Assembly: GCA_963768655.1 (NCBI GenBank)
Contig: CAVYIM010000009.1
Location: 192,001 to 256,000 of the forward strand
DNA from: an uncultured Chloroflexia bacterium
GTDB taxonomy: Bacteria; Chloroflexota; Limnocylindria; Limnocylindrales; CSP1-4
Direction: 5' to 3'
Length of the DNA stretch: 64,000 nucleotides
In this document: positions 19,155-29,062 of the stretch, piece after piece
Layout of the letters: every line of letters starts with the position of its first letter
Numbering within the stretch: position 1 is the first letter of the stretch
The notes under the pieces: model-generated
What the model was told of the DNA's origin: nothing
The model's database searches: none
The model's input: only the letters and a program-made list of their open reading frames with translations
Program-made: the position numbers and the translations under genes

Positions 19155-19568
19155 TCAGTCGGCCGGCTTTCGCTCCTCTTCGCCCCACCTGGCGTCGTTG
19201 TACAGCGCTCGCAGGAACAGCAGTCGATTGATCTGGGAGATCGTCCAGGGCGAGACGTTCGTCGGCAAACCGGAGACGTAGCCGATCACGCCCGCCGCCT
19301 CGGCCCCCGTGAGCCCGCTCGAGACAAGCTGGCGATAAGACGCCTGGATCTTGATCGTTCGCGGTCGCACGTCTGGCGCCATGACAGATGCGACCGAGAC
19401 GGTGGTCTCGTCTGCGAGTGGATCGGGGATCGGCGTGGATGGGTCGATCCCGATGGGCACCGGCGTCGCCTGCGAGTTCCGTGCGGCACGCGGAGCGCGG
19501 GAGGGCGTCTGCCGTCCAGCCGTCTGTCCGGCGCCGTCTGCGCTCGGGTGATCTGCCTTGCCAGTCAT
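19155..19568 (-). CDS. Hypothetical protein with disordered N-terminus and compact helical C-terminal domain
   Basis: AAGG-type RBS before ATG; ordered segment YRQLVSSGLTGAEAAGVIGY...WTISQINRLLFLRALY. Confidence 0.6.
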   Translation of the reverse strand: MTGKADHPSADGAGQTAGRQTPSRAPRAARNSQATPVPIGIDPSTPIPDPLADETTVSVASVMAPDVRPRTIKIQASYRQLVSSGLTGAEAAGVIGYVSGLPTNVSPWTISQINRLLFLRALYNDARWGEEERKPAD

Positions 19569-19919
19569 CTCGCTAACCTTTCGACCCTTTGCTGTGGTAT
19601 CGGTGACGAGAGCCCTTGCCCAAACCTGGGGGATCGCCGCTCGACCGATGGATTCGGTCCGGCTCCTGCCGTCCGTACCGGAAGGGTCGGTGCCGGGGCG
19701 GCCCGGCACGATACCCCGCACGGCTGAAGGTCCCAGGTACTTGCGGTCCATCAATGGTTCGTTCGGATTAGCCGGTTCGGTGAGCGCCACCCACGGTGGT
19801 GGGGTGGACCGCGCCTCGGGCCCGCTGCCCCGGCGAGCTCGCCTCGCTGCCGGGCCCGGAGCCGCCCGGCCGAGCAAGATGCCGGCAGCGATCCGGCCGA
19901 TCCGGGCTAGACTGCCCGG

Positions 19920-21110
19920 GTGCGCGTCCGCCTCTTCGAACTGCGGCTTCTGGCCGTCGCCCTCACCGTCCTCTGGGCCGCGGGCGGAGGCATCGTTCTG
20001 ATCGGCTACCGACCGGGCGGTCCATGGGATCTGCTCGTGGGCGTGACCGCCGCGTTGCCGCTCTTCGTGGCCGTGGCCCCGATCGTGTGGCCGCCGCTGG
20101 TGACGAGCGATCGCGGCTCCGCCGGGGTCTTCTGGATCGGCCTGGTGGCAGGGCTGCTGCTGGTCCCTTCGATCGTCAGTGTCACCGCGCAGGTTCTGGC
20201 GCGAACTTCCGAGCCGCTGCTGCCGTCCGCCGAGGTCGTCTACCCATGGGCTGTCGCACTGCTCGCCACCAGCCTCTTCGCCGGCCTGGGAGTGAGTCGC
20301 CAGCTGATCACCGAAACCGGCATCGGGCGCAAGCGCCTGGCCGCCGCGATCGGCTTCGCGCTTGTGACGACCACGATCATCGGAGGCGCCTTCGCCGGCG
20401 TCAGCCTGGCCGACAACGCAGCGTTGAGCAACATGCCGGCCGCATACTCGCGGTTCGGCCCGACCGCCGCCGATCTCACGCCTCCCCAGTGCGACCAGGC
20501 GTTCCAGCCGGCGGCCACGGCACAGCTTGCGCTCGACGTCTGGGGCGACGTCGACACGCGCTCCATCGGCACCGTGGAGCTGACCGGGCAGCGCTCCGGC
20601 AGCGACGTCGCCTGGACGGCGCAGGTCGTACGCAGCGACCTCTTCGGCGAGTTCGGTGCCATTCGGGTCGGCTCCCAGGCATGGCTGCTGGCACCCGGAC
20701 AGGGCTGGAACAGCGTTCCCTACGCCTCGCTCGATTCGGACATGGTCGATGCCACGGCCACCGCCGAAGCTCTCTCGTCCGGGAACCGCGCGACGGCCGA
20801 GGATCGCGGGCTCGAGTACGTCGAGGGGGCGCGCGCCCGCCATTGCCGCGTGGCGATCGACGGGACGACCTTCGGGGCGTCGTTCCCGCAGGTCGTGTGG
20901 CTGGTCGCCGACGCGAGTCTGGCGACGTGGCGGGGTGAGATCGACTACTGGGTCTTCGGCGACGGCGAGATCGGCCAGATCACCGGCTCGGTGAACGGGA
21001 ACGCGCAGGAGATCCTGCCTCACGGCTTGCTGGCGACGGTCCAGATCAAGCTCACGGCGACCGACCGCGGCCAGCCCGTCAGCATCTCGCCGCCGACGTC
21101 CGGGCAATGA
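19920..21110 (+). CDS. Membrane protein (about 5 TM helices) with extracytoplasmic beta-rich domain, LppX/LolA-like by inference
   Basis: Hydrophobic N-terminal half; C-terminal DRGLEYVEGARARHC pattern; ATGA overlap with WYL gene. Confidence 0.65.
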   Translation: MRVRLFELRLLAVALTVLWAAGGGIVLIGYRPGGPWDLLVGVTAALPLFVAVAPIVWPPLVTSDRGSAGVFWIGLVAGLLLVPSIVSVTAQVLARTSEPLLPSAEVVYPWAVALLATSLFAGLGVSRQLITETGIGRKRLAAAIGFALVTTTIIGGAFAGVSLADNAALSNMPAAYSRFGPTAADLTPPQCDQAFQPAATAQLALDVWGDVDTRSIGTVELTGQRSGSDVAWTAQVVRSDLFGEFGAIRVGSQAWLLAPGQGWNSVPYASLDSDMVDATATAEALSSGNRATAEDRGLEYVEGARARHCRVAIDGTTFGASFPQVVWLVADASLATWRGEIDYWVFGDGEIGQITGSVNGNAQEILPHGLLATVQIKLTATDRGQPVSISPPTSGQ

Positions 21111-22267
21111 CGCCGACGGCGCCACGCGACCCCGACCGAGCCAGCGGCCCGGCTCCGCAGCGACCGGCGCCCGAGCCCGCCTCTGCCGCCGCGCCGGTTT
21201 CCGCGGCCGCGGCCGAGGCGGCGCCCCCCGCGGTCCCCAAGCCCGCCGCGGCCCCCGCGCCGGCACCGGAACGAGCCTTCGATCGTGGAACCGATCGCGC
21301 CTCGGCCAAGCACGATCGGCTGGCCCGGTTCTACCGCGTCGTCCGCTACCTGGCGGCCCACCCCGAGGGTGCCACGCCCGACGCGATCGCCGGTTTCGTG
21401 GGCATGTCCAGGCGGACCGTCTACCGGGACCTGCAGGCCCTGGAAATCGAGATCGAGATCCCGCTGTGGAGCGAGGGCGGCAGGTGGGGGATCGTCGAAG
21501 GGGCGTTCCTGCCGCCGCTGCGCCTCACCCTGGATGAGGCCGTGGCCTTCTTCTTCGCGGCGCGGCTGACGGCCCAGTTTGCCGACCGCTACGAGCCCGA
21601 CATGGGCGCCGCATTCCAGAAGCTGGCGGAGATCCTGCCGCCCGTCGTGGCACGGCACCTGGAGCGGACGATCGACGTCCTGGCGAGCCGGCCCGCGGAC
21701 GAGCAGCTGACCCGCAATCTCCGGACTCTCGCCCGCGCCTGGGCCGAGCGGCGGGTCGTCGAGCTGGTCTACGACGCCGCAACCTACAGTCCCGGCCGAC
21801 CGCCGAGACGGTCGCGCGTCCGGCCCTACCTGCTGGAGGCGTCGGCAACGACGCGGGCGCTGTACTTGATGGGTTTCGACGAGTCGCGCGAGGCGATTCG
21901 CACCTTCAAGCTGCAGCGGATCCTGGAGCTCTCGCTGACGCCCGACACTTTCGAGCCGCCCGAACCGCGCCTCGCCCAGGAGAGCCTGGGTCGGGCCTGG
22001 GGCGTCATCGCCGACCAGGAGGAAGTCGAAGTCGTGCTTCGCTTCGACCCCGCGATCGCCAGCCTCGTGACGGAGACGACCTGGCATCCGACGGAACAGG
22101 TCACGCGCGAGGCCGACGGCGGCGTGGTGTGGCGCGGGCGCGTACCCGGCACGCTGGAGATCCGGCGCTGGATCCTGGAGTGGGGCGCGCAAGTAGAAGT
22201 CCTGGCGCCTCCGGAGCTGCGGGCCGAGGTCGCGGCTACTTACCGAGCGGCGGCGGCGCGGTACTGA
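21107..22267 (+). CDS. WYL-domain transcriptional regulator (HTH-WYL-WCX, PafB/PafC/YafY-like)
   Basis: HTH MSRRTVYRDLQAL, PPLRLTLDEA, RVRPY, LYLMG, RTFKLQRI, WILEWGAQVEVLAPPELR. Confidence 0.93.
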   Translation: MTPTAPRDPDRASGPAPQRPAPEPASAAAPVSAAAAEAAPPAVPKPAAAPAPAPERAFDRGTDRASAKHDRLARFYRVVRYLAAHPEGATPDAIAGFVGMSRRTVYRDLQALEIEIEIPLWSEGGRWGIVEGAFLPPLRLTLDEAVAFFFAARLTAQFADRYEPDMGAAFQKLAEILPPVVARHLERTIDVLASRPADEQLTRNLRTLARAWAERRVVELVYDAATYSPGRPPRRSRVRPYLLEASATTRALYLMGFDESREAIRTFKLQRILELSLTPDTFEPPEPRLAQESLGRAWGVIADQEEVEVVLRFDPAIASLVTETTWHPTEQVTREADGGVVWRGRVPGTLEIRRWILEWGAQVEVLAPPELRAEVAATYRAAAARY

Positions 22268-22398
22268 GACGGCGCGGCATCGGCGAAGGCGCGGCGTCGC
22301 GCGGCCGGAGATGGCTGTGTTTCCGCAGACCGGGCGCCCGCGCTCCGGGCATGGCAAGTTGGGCGGTAGTCCGGCTCGCGGGAGGCTACGCTTGTGCG

Positions 22399-23877
22399 AT
22401 GGAGTCGAAGCCTGACGCCGCGCGAGCCACCGAACGTGATGAGCGCCCTATGGATGGCCAGGTCCACCCGCAAATGTGGGCCGTCAACCTCGTCAGCGAC
22501 CCCATCCATGGCTACATCGAGCTGACCAAGCGCCTCACGCCCGAGCACGCGCGCGCCCTCGGCCTGGCGCCTGAAGAGGCGGCTGAAGGCGACATGCTCG
22601 ACTCGGCCTGGCTGCAACGGATGCGCCGCATCAGCCAGCTGCAGAGCGCCCGCTGGGTGTTCCCTACGGCCGAGCACAGCCGTTTCACCCACGGCCTGGG
22701 CGTGATGCACGAGGCCGGGTTATGGGCCCGCCACCTGTATCCCAGCCTCAGGACGGCGCTGGCCGCCGTGGAGCCAGGGCGGCCGGCCCCGTCCGAGGGC
22801 CTGGTCGTGGAGACCCTTCGGCTGGCCGGGTTGCTGCACGACGTCGGGCACGGGCCGTTCGCCCACTTCTTCGACGAGCACGTGCTTTGCCACTTCCCGG
22901 CTCCCGCCGATCCGCGTCGAGGCGAGGGCAAGAGCCTGACTCACGAGGATCTCTCGGCGCTGATCATCGAGCGCGAGCTGGGCGAGACGATCGCCGCGAT
23001 CCGGCGCGCGCCCGGCGTCGTGCCCGAGCGAGATGCGCTGGCGCCGGACGAACGCATCGATCCGCGCTGGGTTTCGTTCCTGATCTCGAAGCCGGCCCTG
23101 GCGGATGCATCGATGCCGCTCTGGCTACGCTGGTTGCAGCCGTTGCTCTCGGGCGTTTTCACGGTCGACAACCTCGACTACGTCCGGCGCGACTCGTACA
23201 TGATCGGCGTCTCCACCGGCCCGGTGGACGTGGAGCGGCTGCGCCGCTACAGCTTCGTCGGGCCGCGCGGGCTGTCGCTGTACGAGCCCGGGCTGGGAGC
23301 CCTGGAGATGTTCCTCAGCGCCCGACTCTTCATGTATCAGCAGATCTACTTCCACCGGTCCGTCCGGGCGATCGACCTCGATCTCGCCGAGGTCTTCCGG
23401 CCGAGCATTCTGGCGATCTTTGGCGAGTCTTCTCCGGCCGAGGCCCTGAGCCATTACGCGGACCTGGACGAGTACGCCCTGCTGCACCAGGCCGCTCTCT
23501 GGGCGCGAGGCGAGGCCCTCGCCGACGAACCGGCACCGGGCGACGGGACGGTCACTCCCGCGGTCGGCCGGGTCTGGCAGGCGATCCTGCTGCGGCGGTC
23601 GCGCTGGCGTGCCGAGTCCGAGCTGCGCCGCGACTACGAGGAGCCGGAACGCGAGGCGACGCGAGCTGCGGCGCGCCTCCAGCTCGGCGGGGCGACGCCG
23701 TGGCTGGTGAGCATCGACCTGGCCGAGATCGACGCCCGCCCGGCCGACGCCACGGCCACCGATTCGCTGCTCGCCATCGTGGGTCGTGACGGCGCCCCGG
23801 CGGCGCCGCTCAGCCAGTCGCTCGGTCGATTGCCCGCCTACTCGCTGGTGGCGAGGCGGTACCGCCGCACCGGTTGA
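22399..23877 (+). CDS. HD-domain phosphohydrolase, SAMHD1/YdhJ-like (putative dNTP triphosphohydrolase)
   Basis: DPIHGYI, QRMRRISQL, FPTAEHSRFTHGLG, LLHDVGHGPFAH, DNLDYVRRD, RLFMYQQIYFH. Confidence 0.9.
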   Translation: MESKPDAARATERDERPMDGQVHPQMWAVNLVSDPIHGYIELTKRLTPEHARALGLAPEEAAEGDMLDSAWLQRMRRISQLQSARWVFPTAEHSRFTHGLGVMHEAGLWARHLYPSLRTALAAVEPGRPAPSEGLVVETLRLAGLLHDVGHGPFAHFFDEHVLCHFPAPADPRRGEGKSLTHEDLSALIIERELGETIAAIRRAPGVVPERDALAPDERIDPRWVSFLISKPALADASMPLWLRWLQPLLSGVFTVDNLDYVRRDSYMIGVSTGPVDVERLRRYSFVGPRGLSLYEPGLGALEMFLSARLFMYQQIYFHRSVRAIDLDLAEVFRPSILAIFGESSPAEALSHYADLDEYALLHQAALWARGEALADEPAPGDGTVTPAVGRVWQAILLRRSRWRAESELRRDYEEPEREATRAAARLQLGGATPWLVSIDLAEIDARPADATATDSLLAIVGRDGAPAAPLSQSLGRLPAYSLVARRYRRTG

Positions 23878-23946
23878 CGACCGCGGCAACGGCGGGCCGG
23901 CCGCCAGAGGCGCGCCCCGGCCGCCCCCCTTGCCGCCTCACCGGCT

Positions 23947-24888
23947 CTAGCTTTGGGGGCTCGCCGACGGGCTCGCGGAGGGGTGAGCCGCTGCCCAGGC
24001 GGCGGCGTCGGCGGGCCGAAGCGTCTGCATCTCCGTGACGTCGTTCCGATACGGCAGCACCAGCAACGGGTCTATACGGGCGATTTCGGTGGCCGGGAGG
24101 TGGTAGTCCTTGATGTACTGCGGCAGGTTCGCGAAGGTCGCCGTCTCGAGGGGGCTGTACAGGCCGAAGTGGACGTGGCAGCCGGTGGCGTCGCCGGTTG
24201 CGCCCTCGTAGCCGATGATCTGGCCGGCTTTGACGTGCTGTCCGGCCTTGACCAGGACCCCGGGCCACTCGTGAGCGTAGATGCTGCGATAGCCGTCCCC
24301 GTCGTCGATGACGATGACGACCGGCAACGACGCCTTCAGGGCCGGCGACGAGAACTTCTTCTTGTAGAGGGTCAGATCGCCGATCCAGCCCATGTAGTCG
24401 ACGTAGTCACGCCCGGCCGTCAGGACGACTCCGTCGTGGGCCGCCATGACGTTGTCGCCGCAATGGGTGGCCATGTCCACGCCGTCGTGGAACAGCTGGC
24501 CGTTCACCAGGAAATCGCCATAGCTGCTCGGCCCGAAAGGTAGCGTCACTCGGGCGTCGACGAGCGGCCAGACGTAGCCGGTCAGCTCCGAGGCCGGGGT
24601 CGGCGTGGGCGGGCCCGGGAACGGCGTCGGGGCCGGAGTGGCTGTGGGAGACGGTGTCGGCGAAGGAGTGGGCGTGGGAGACGGTGTCGGCGAAGGAGTG
24701 GGCGTGGGGCTCGAGGTGGGCAGCGGCGCGATCGCCGGGCGCGACATGAGGACCGACCCCGCCACCAGGGCCACGACGGCGGCGACTGCCACGAGCGCGA
24801 AGGCGAAACCCGGGATGACCACGCGAGTCCAGCGCGAGCCACGCGAAGCTCGTCGGTGAGCGCCGGCTCTTGGAAACTCCGATGACAT
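23947..24888 (-). CDS. M23 family metallopeptidase with TM anchor and Pro/Thr linker
   Basis: HDGVD, YAHE, GATGDATGCHVHF motifs; PT repeats. Confidence 0.9.
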   Translation of the reverse strand: MSSEFPRAGAHRRASRGSRWTRVVIPGFAFALVAVAAVVALVAGSVLMSRPAIAPLPTSSPTPTPSPTPSPTPTPSPTPSPTATPAPTPFPGPPTPTPASELTGYVWPLVDARVTLPFGPSSYGDFLVNGQLFHDGVDMATHCGDNVMAAHDGVVLTAGRDYVDYMGWIGDLTLYKKKFSSPALKASLPVVIVIDDGDGYRSIYAHEWPGVLVKAGQHVKAGQIIGYEGATGDATGCHVHFGLYSPLETATFANLPQYIKDYHLPATEIARIDPLLVLPYRNDVTEMQTLRPADAAAWAAAHPSASPSASPQS

Positions 24889-25200
24889 GTCGTGGAAGCT
24901 GCCCATCATCGATCCTTGTAGCACGGAACGGCCGCGGGCGCCACCGTTTGGCATGGTGACGCGCGCGGCGGCTGCCGCCTCACGTTCGCGACGCCGCACC
25001 CCGGGTTGCGCGATCAGGCGCTGTGGCGGCACACTGCACTCGCACCGACCCGATCGCCGGCGGCGATCTGCACGCAGCGGTGACACAGAACGGAGTTCGC
25101 TTCCACCACGGCGGACTCTTCAGTCGGGCGGCGCCCGTCAGCGGGCCCGTCGAACGGGCCGGTAACAGCCGTCGAAGGCCCAGAGATCGGAGGCAGACAG

Positions 25201-27531
25201 TTGCGCCGAGCCACCACCCTCTGCCGGGTTGCCGCCGCCTTCGCCCTGATGGGCTTGACCGCGATCGGGACCGCATCGACGGCCGCCGCCGCCTCGACGC
25301 CGGGTGTGTGGACCGTCACGGGCAGCCTGCCGCAGGCGACGGGCTTCGCGCCCGCCGTGCTGCTGAAGGACGGCACTGTCATCACGGCCGGTGGGACCGA
25401 CGGTACCTCGTTCACGGCTGCCGCCGAGCGATTCTCCGGCGGAACCTGGACCAGCGCCGGATCGATCGGGCAGGCCGTAGCCGGCCAGGTTGCCGCAAGA
25501 CTGCCCGACGGCGACGCTCTCTTCGCGGGCGGAGCCGATGCCATGAGCTACTACACGGACGGCGACCTCTTCAACCCGGCGGACGGCGGTACCTGGAACC
25601 AGACGCCGGCGATGACCCACGCTCATGCGTACGGCGTCGCCGCTTCCCTGGCGAACGGCGACGTGATGGTCATCGGCGGATACGACGGTGGAGCCAGCTT
25701 CACGACAGGCGCGGTCGACATCTACTCAGCGGCCGGCGGGACGTGGAGCGCCGGGCCGACACTCCCCGGCGGCCGGTACGCTTTCACGGCCACGACCCTG
25801 AGCGATGGCCGCGTGCTGGTCGCGGGGGGCGACGACGGCTCGCTCATGCCCGGCTCGGCCCTCTCCTCAGTCGAGATCTACCAGCCGGGGTCCGGCGGGT
25901 CCGCCGGCAAGTGGTCCGCTGCCGAATCGATGAAGAAGGTCCGCCTCGACGCGGCTGCCGTCCTGCTCAACGACGGCCGGGTTCTCGTCGCCGGCGGGGT
26001 CGATGCCAGCGGAACGGCCCTCAATACGGCCGAGGTCTTCGATCCGACGACCGGCCACTGGACGCTCACCGGCACGATGTCGTACGCCCGGGCCGGGTTC
26101 ACGATGACGGTTCTCCCCGACGGTCGAGTAGTTGCGGCGGGCGGCTACGCGACCAGCCCGAGCCAGGCCCTGACCACCGCCGACCTGTTCGACCCGACGA
26201 CGGGCGGCTGGACGGCCACGGGGTCGCTCACCACCGGGCGCCGATACCAGGCCGCCACATCGCTGGCCAACGGCAGCGTGCTCGTGATCGGTGGCCATGG
26301 CGCCTCGGCCGACTACCTGGCGTCGTGTGAGATCTTCACGCCGCCGCCGGCGCGGGTGACGTATCCGGCCACGACCTTCCATCCGCTCGTCCCGGCCCGA
26401 ATCCTCGACACTCGCGTTGGCAACGGCCTGAGCGGCCTCCTCTCCAACAGGGTGCCCCGCCAGTTCCAGGTGACCGGCCGGGGCAACGTGCCCAGCGGCG
26501 CGGTCGCGGTGACGGGCATCCTGACCACAACCGGGTCGACGGCCGGGGGTTACATGACGCTCGGGCCCGTCTTCACCGGCGCGCCGACGTTCTCCTCACT
26601 CAACTTCCCGAAAGGCGACAACAGGGCCAACAACGTCGTGGTCGCCCTCGACGCGAACGGGATGCTGTCCGTGGTCTACGTGGGCACCGGCCGGACTCAA
26701 GCCATCTTCGACGTCACCGGCTACTTCACCGCGGACAACACCGGGGCGACCTTCTTTCCGCTCAATCCGGCGCGCGTCCTCGACAGCCGAAATGGCACGG
26801 GCTTGAGCGGCAAGTTCGCGACGAAGGTCGCTCGCAGCTTCGCGGTTGCCAACAACGCCGCCAACGACGGCGTGCCGAAAGGGGCACTGGCTGTGACCGG
26901 CAACCTGACCCTGGTCGGTCCGACCAGCAAGGGATGGGCTTTCGTGGGCCCGTCGGTCCCGTCGGACCCCACCACCTTGAACTGTTCGACCGTCAACGCG
27001 CCGGCGGGTGACACTCGGGCCGACGGAGTCACGGTCATGCTCGGCGCCAGCGGCACCCTGACGGCCGTCTGGGTGGGTACGGCCGGGTCCACCGCCGATC
27101 TCGTGTTCGACGTCACGGGCTACTTCGCGGCGGGCACGAGCGGCTCCAAGTTCGTGCCGATCGAGCCGACCCGGCTCGTCGATACCCGCTACAACTTGCC
27201 GTTCACCGGCCCGGTGGCGAAGGCTACGCCGGTCCAGCTGGCCATCGCGGGTCACGCCACGGTTCCGCTGAACGCAACCGGAATCAGCGGCAACCTGACC
27301 GTGACCCAACAGACCTACGCCGGCTACCTGACGGTCGCGCCGACTCTCGCACCCGGAGTCGCGCCGTCGTTCTCGACCGTCAACTTCCCCAAGGGCGACA
27401 ACAGGGCGAACGGTTTCTACGTGCGTTTGAACAGCGACGGATCGCTGGCGGTGGTGTACGAGGCGACGCGCGCCGGCTCGACGACGCAGTTCATCATCGA
27501 CATCACCGGCTACTTCCTGCCCGCACCGTAG
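25201..27531 (+). CDS. Secreted Kelch-repeat protein with three C-terminal PxRxxD(T/S)R repeats
   Basis: Signal peptide; repeated LxDGRVLVAGG...E.FDP.TG.W; three ~120-aa repeats ending DVTGYF/DITGYF. Confidence 0.85.
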   Translation: MRRATTLCRVAAAFALMGLTAIGTASTAAAASTPGVWTVTGSLPQATGFAPAVLLKDGTVITAGGTDGTSFTAAAERFSGGTWTSAGSIGQAVAGQVAARLPDGDALFAGGADAMSYYTDGDLFNPADGGTWNQTPAMTHAHAYGVAASLANGDVMVIGGYDGGASFTTGAVDIYSAAGGTWSAGPTLPGGRYAFTATTLSDGRVLVAGGDDGSLMPGSALSSVEIYQPGSGGSAGKWSAAESMKKVRLDAAAVLLNDGRVLVAGGVDASGTALNTAEVFDPTTGHWTLTGTMSYARAGFTMTVLPDGRVVAAGGYATSPSQALTTADLFDPTTGGWTATGSLTTGRRYQAATSLANGSVLVIGGHGASADYLASCEIFTPPPARVTYPATTFHPLVPARILDTRVGNGLSGLLSNRVPRQFQVTGRGNVPSGAVAVTGILTTTGSTAGGYMTLGPVFTGAPTFSSLNFPKGDNRANNVVVALDANGMLSVVYVGTGRTQAIFDVTGYFTADNTGATFFPLNPARVLDSRNGTGLSGKFATKVARSFAVANNAANDGVPKGALAVTGNLTLVGPTSKGWAFVGPSVPSDPTTLNCSTVNAPAGDTRADGVTVMLGASGTLTAVWVGTAGSTADLVFDVTGYFAAGTSGSKFVPIEPTRLVDTRYNLPFTGPVAKATPVQLAIAGHATVPLNATGISGNLTVTQQTYAGYLTVAPTLAPGVAPSFSTVNFPKGDNRANGFYVRLNSDGSLAVVYEATRAGSTTQFIIDITGYFLPAP

Positions 27532-27660
27532 CTCCGAGGAGTGGGCTGGTCGTAGACCCGCGACCGGACCCTATCCATAATGTGAGCAGTACGGTCCAGG
27601 TGCAGGCGCCTGGCAACCGCCGTCGCCGGCGTTCCGCCCATCTGCCAGAGGAGAGAGCCT

Positions 27661-29061
27661 GTGGACGTCGTCCAGCTGTCGCGTCTCCAGTTCGCCCTGA
27701 CGATCAGCTTTCACTTCATCTTTCCATCGATCACGATCGGGCTCGCCGGCCTGATTGCGATCACGGAGACGCTGCGCTGGCGCACGAGGCGCGAAGTCTA
27801 CGATCGGATGGCCGTCTTCCTGACGAAGTTGTTCGCCGTAACCTTCGTCATCGGCGTCGTGAGCGGTGTGGTGATGGAGTTCCAGTTCGGCACGAACTGG
27901 TCCACCTTCTCCGGCTACGTCGGCGACATCTTCGGGGCGCCGCTTGCGGCCGAAGGCGTATTCGCCTTCTTCCTCGAATCGGCGTTCGTCGGCCTCATTC
28001 TCTTCGGCCGCGACCGAATCTCGTCGACGGTCCGTTGGGTCGCCGGCCTGCTGGTCGCCTTCGGCACTCTCCTTTCGGCCTTCTGGATTCTTGTGGCCAA
28101 CTCGTTCATGCAGACGCCGGCCGGCTACACCTGCTCTCCGGATCCGGCCTGCGGACCCACGACCACGAAGCTCGTCCTGACCAACTTCTGGGCGGCCGTG
28201 TTCAACCCCTCGACGCTGCCGCGCTTCTTCCACACGGTTGCCGCCTGCTACGTCGCCGGCGCCTTCTTCCTGGTCGGCGTTGCCGCCTGGTATCTGCTGC
28301 GCGGGCGCCACCTCGACGTCGCGCGGCTCTCGCTGCGCCTCGGCATCGTCGTGGCGTTCATCGGGTCTGGGCTGATGTTCGTGAGCGGCGATCTCCAGAC
28401 TCGTGAGGTGGCCAACTACCAGCCACTCAAGTTCGCGGCCATGGAGGGCGTCTGCAAAACCGACACGAATGTCGAGCTGGCGATCTTCGGGATCCCGCCG
28501 AGCCAGGACTGCAGCGCCGCGGCCGAAGCGCTGGCCGTCCCCGACGGCCTCAGCCTGATGATGAACTTCAATCCCAACAGCCAGATCAAGGGCCTGGATC
28601 AGCAACCCGACCAGTCACTCTGGCCGCCCGTCGCGATCCCGTTCGTCGGCTTTCACACCATGGTCGGCATCGGCGCGCTGATGCTGCTCCTCATGGCGCT
28701 GGGCGCTCTGTTCCTGTGGCGGCGGTCGGTGGAATCGCACCGCTGGTGGCTGAAGCTGGCGGTAGTCGCCATTCCGCTGCCGATCCTGGCCATCGAGATC
28801 GGCTGGATGGTCGCCGAGGTGGGCCGCCAGCCCTGGATCGTCTACGGCCTGATGAAGACTTCCGCCGGCGTCTCGCCCGGAGTCTCGAGCACGGACGTCG
28901 CGATCTCGATCACCGGGATCGTGCTGCTCTACACGCTCCTGTTCTTCCTGTGGCTGTATTCGCTCGTGAAGGAGATCAGTCGCGGCCCCGAAGCGGCGCC
29001 CGGTAAAGCCGGAGCCGGCGCTTCGGGCGCGGCCACGGCCGCGAGCGCGGGAGGCCGCTGA
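27661..29061 (+). CDS. cydA: Cytochrome bd ubiquinol oxidase subunit I
   Basis: LSRLQFALTISFHFIF, EFQFGTNW, QPLKFAAMEG, EVGRQPW. Confidence 0.97.
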   Translation: MDVVQLSRLQFALTISFHFIFPSITIGLAGLIAITETLRWRTRREVYDRMAVFLTKLFAVTFVIGVVSGVVMEFQFGTNWSTFSGYVGDIFGAPLAAEGVFAFFLESAFVGLILFGRDRISSTVRWVAGLLVAFGTLLSAFWILVANSFMQTPAGYTCSPDPACGPTTTKLVLTNFWAAVFNPSTLPRFFHTVAACYVAGAFFLVGVAAWYLLRGRHLDVARLSLRLGIVVAFIGSGLMFVSGDLQTREVANYQPLKFAAMEGVCKTDTNVELAIFGIPPSQDCSAAAEALAVPDGLSLMMNFNPNSQIKGLDQQPDQSLWPPVAIPFVGFHTMVGIGALMLLLMALGALFLWRRSVESHRWWLKLAVVAIPLPILAIEIGWMVAEVGRQPWIVYGLMKTSAGVSPGVSSTDVAISITGIVLLYTLLFFLWLYSLVKEISRGPEAAPGKAGAGASGAATAASAGGR

Positions 29062-29062
29062 C

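Noticed and set aside
24600-24715. 30-bp direct repeats as a regulatory array
   Set aside because: They encode the Pro/Thr linker of the M23 peptidase
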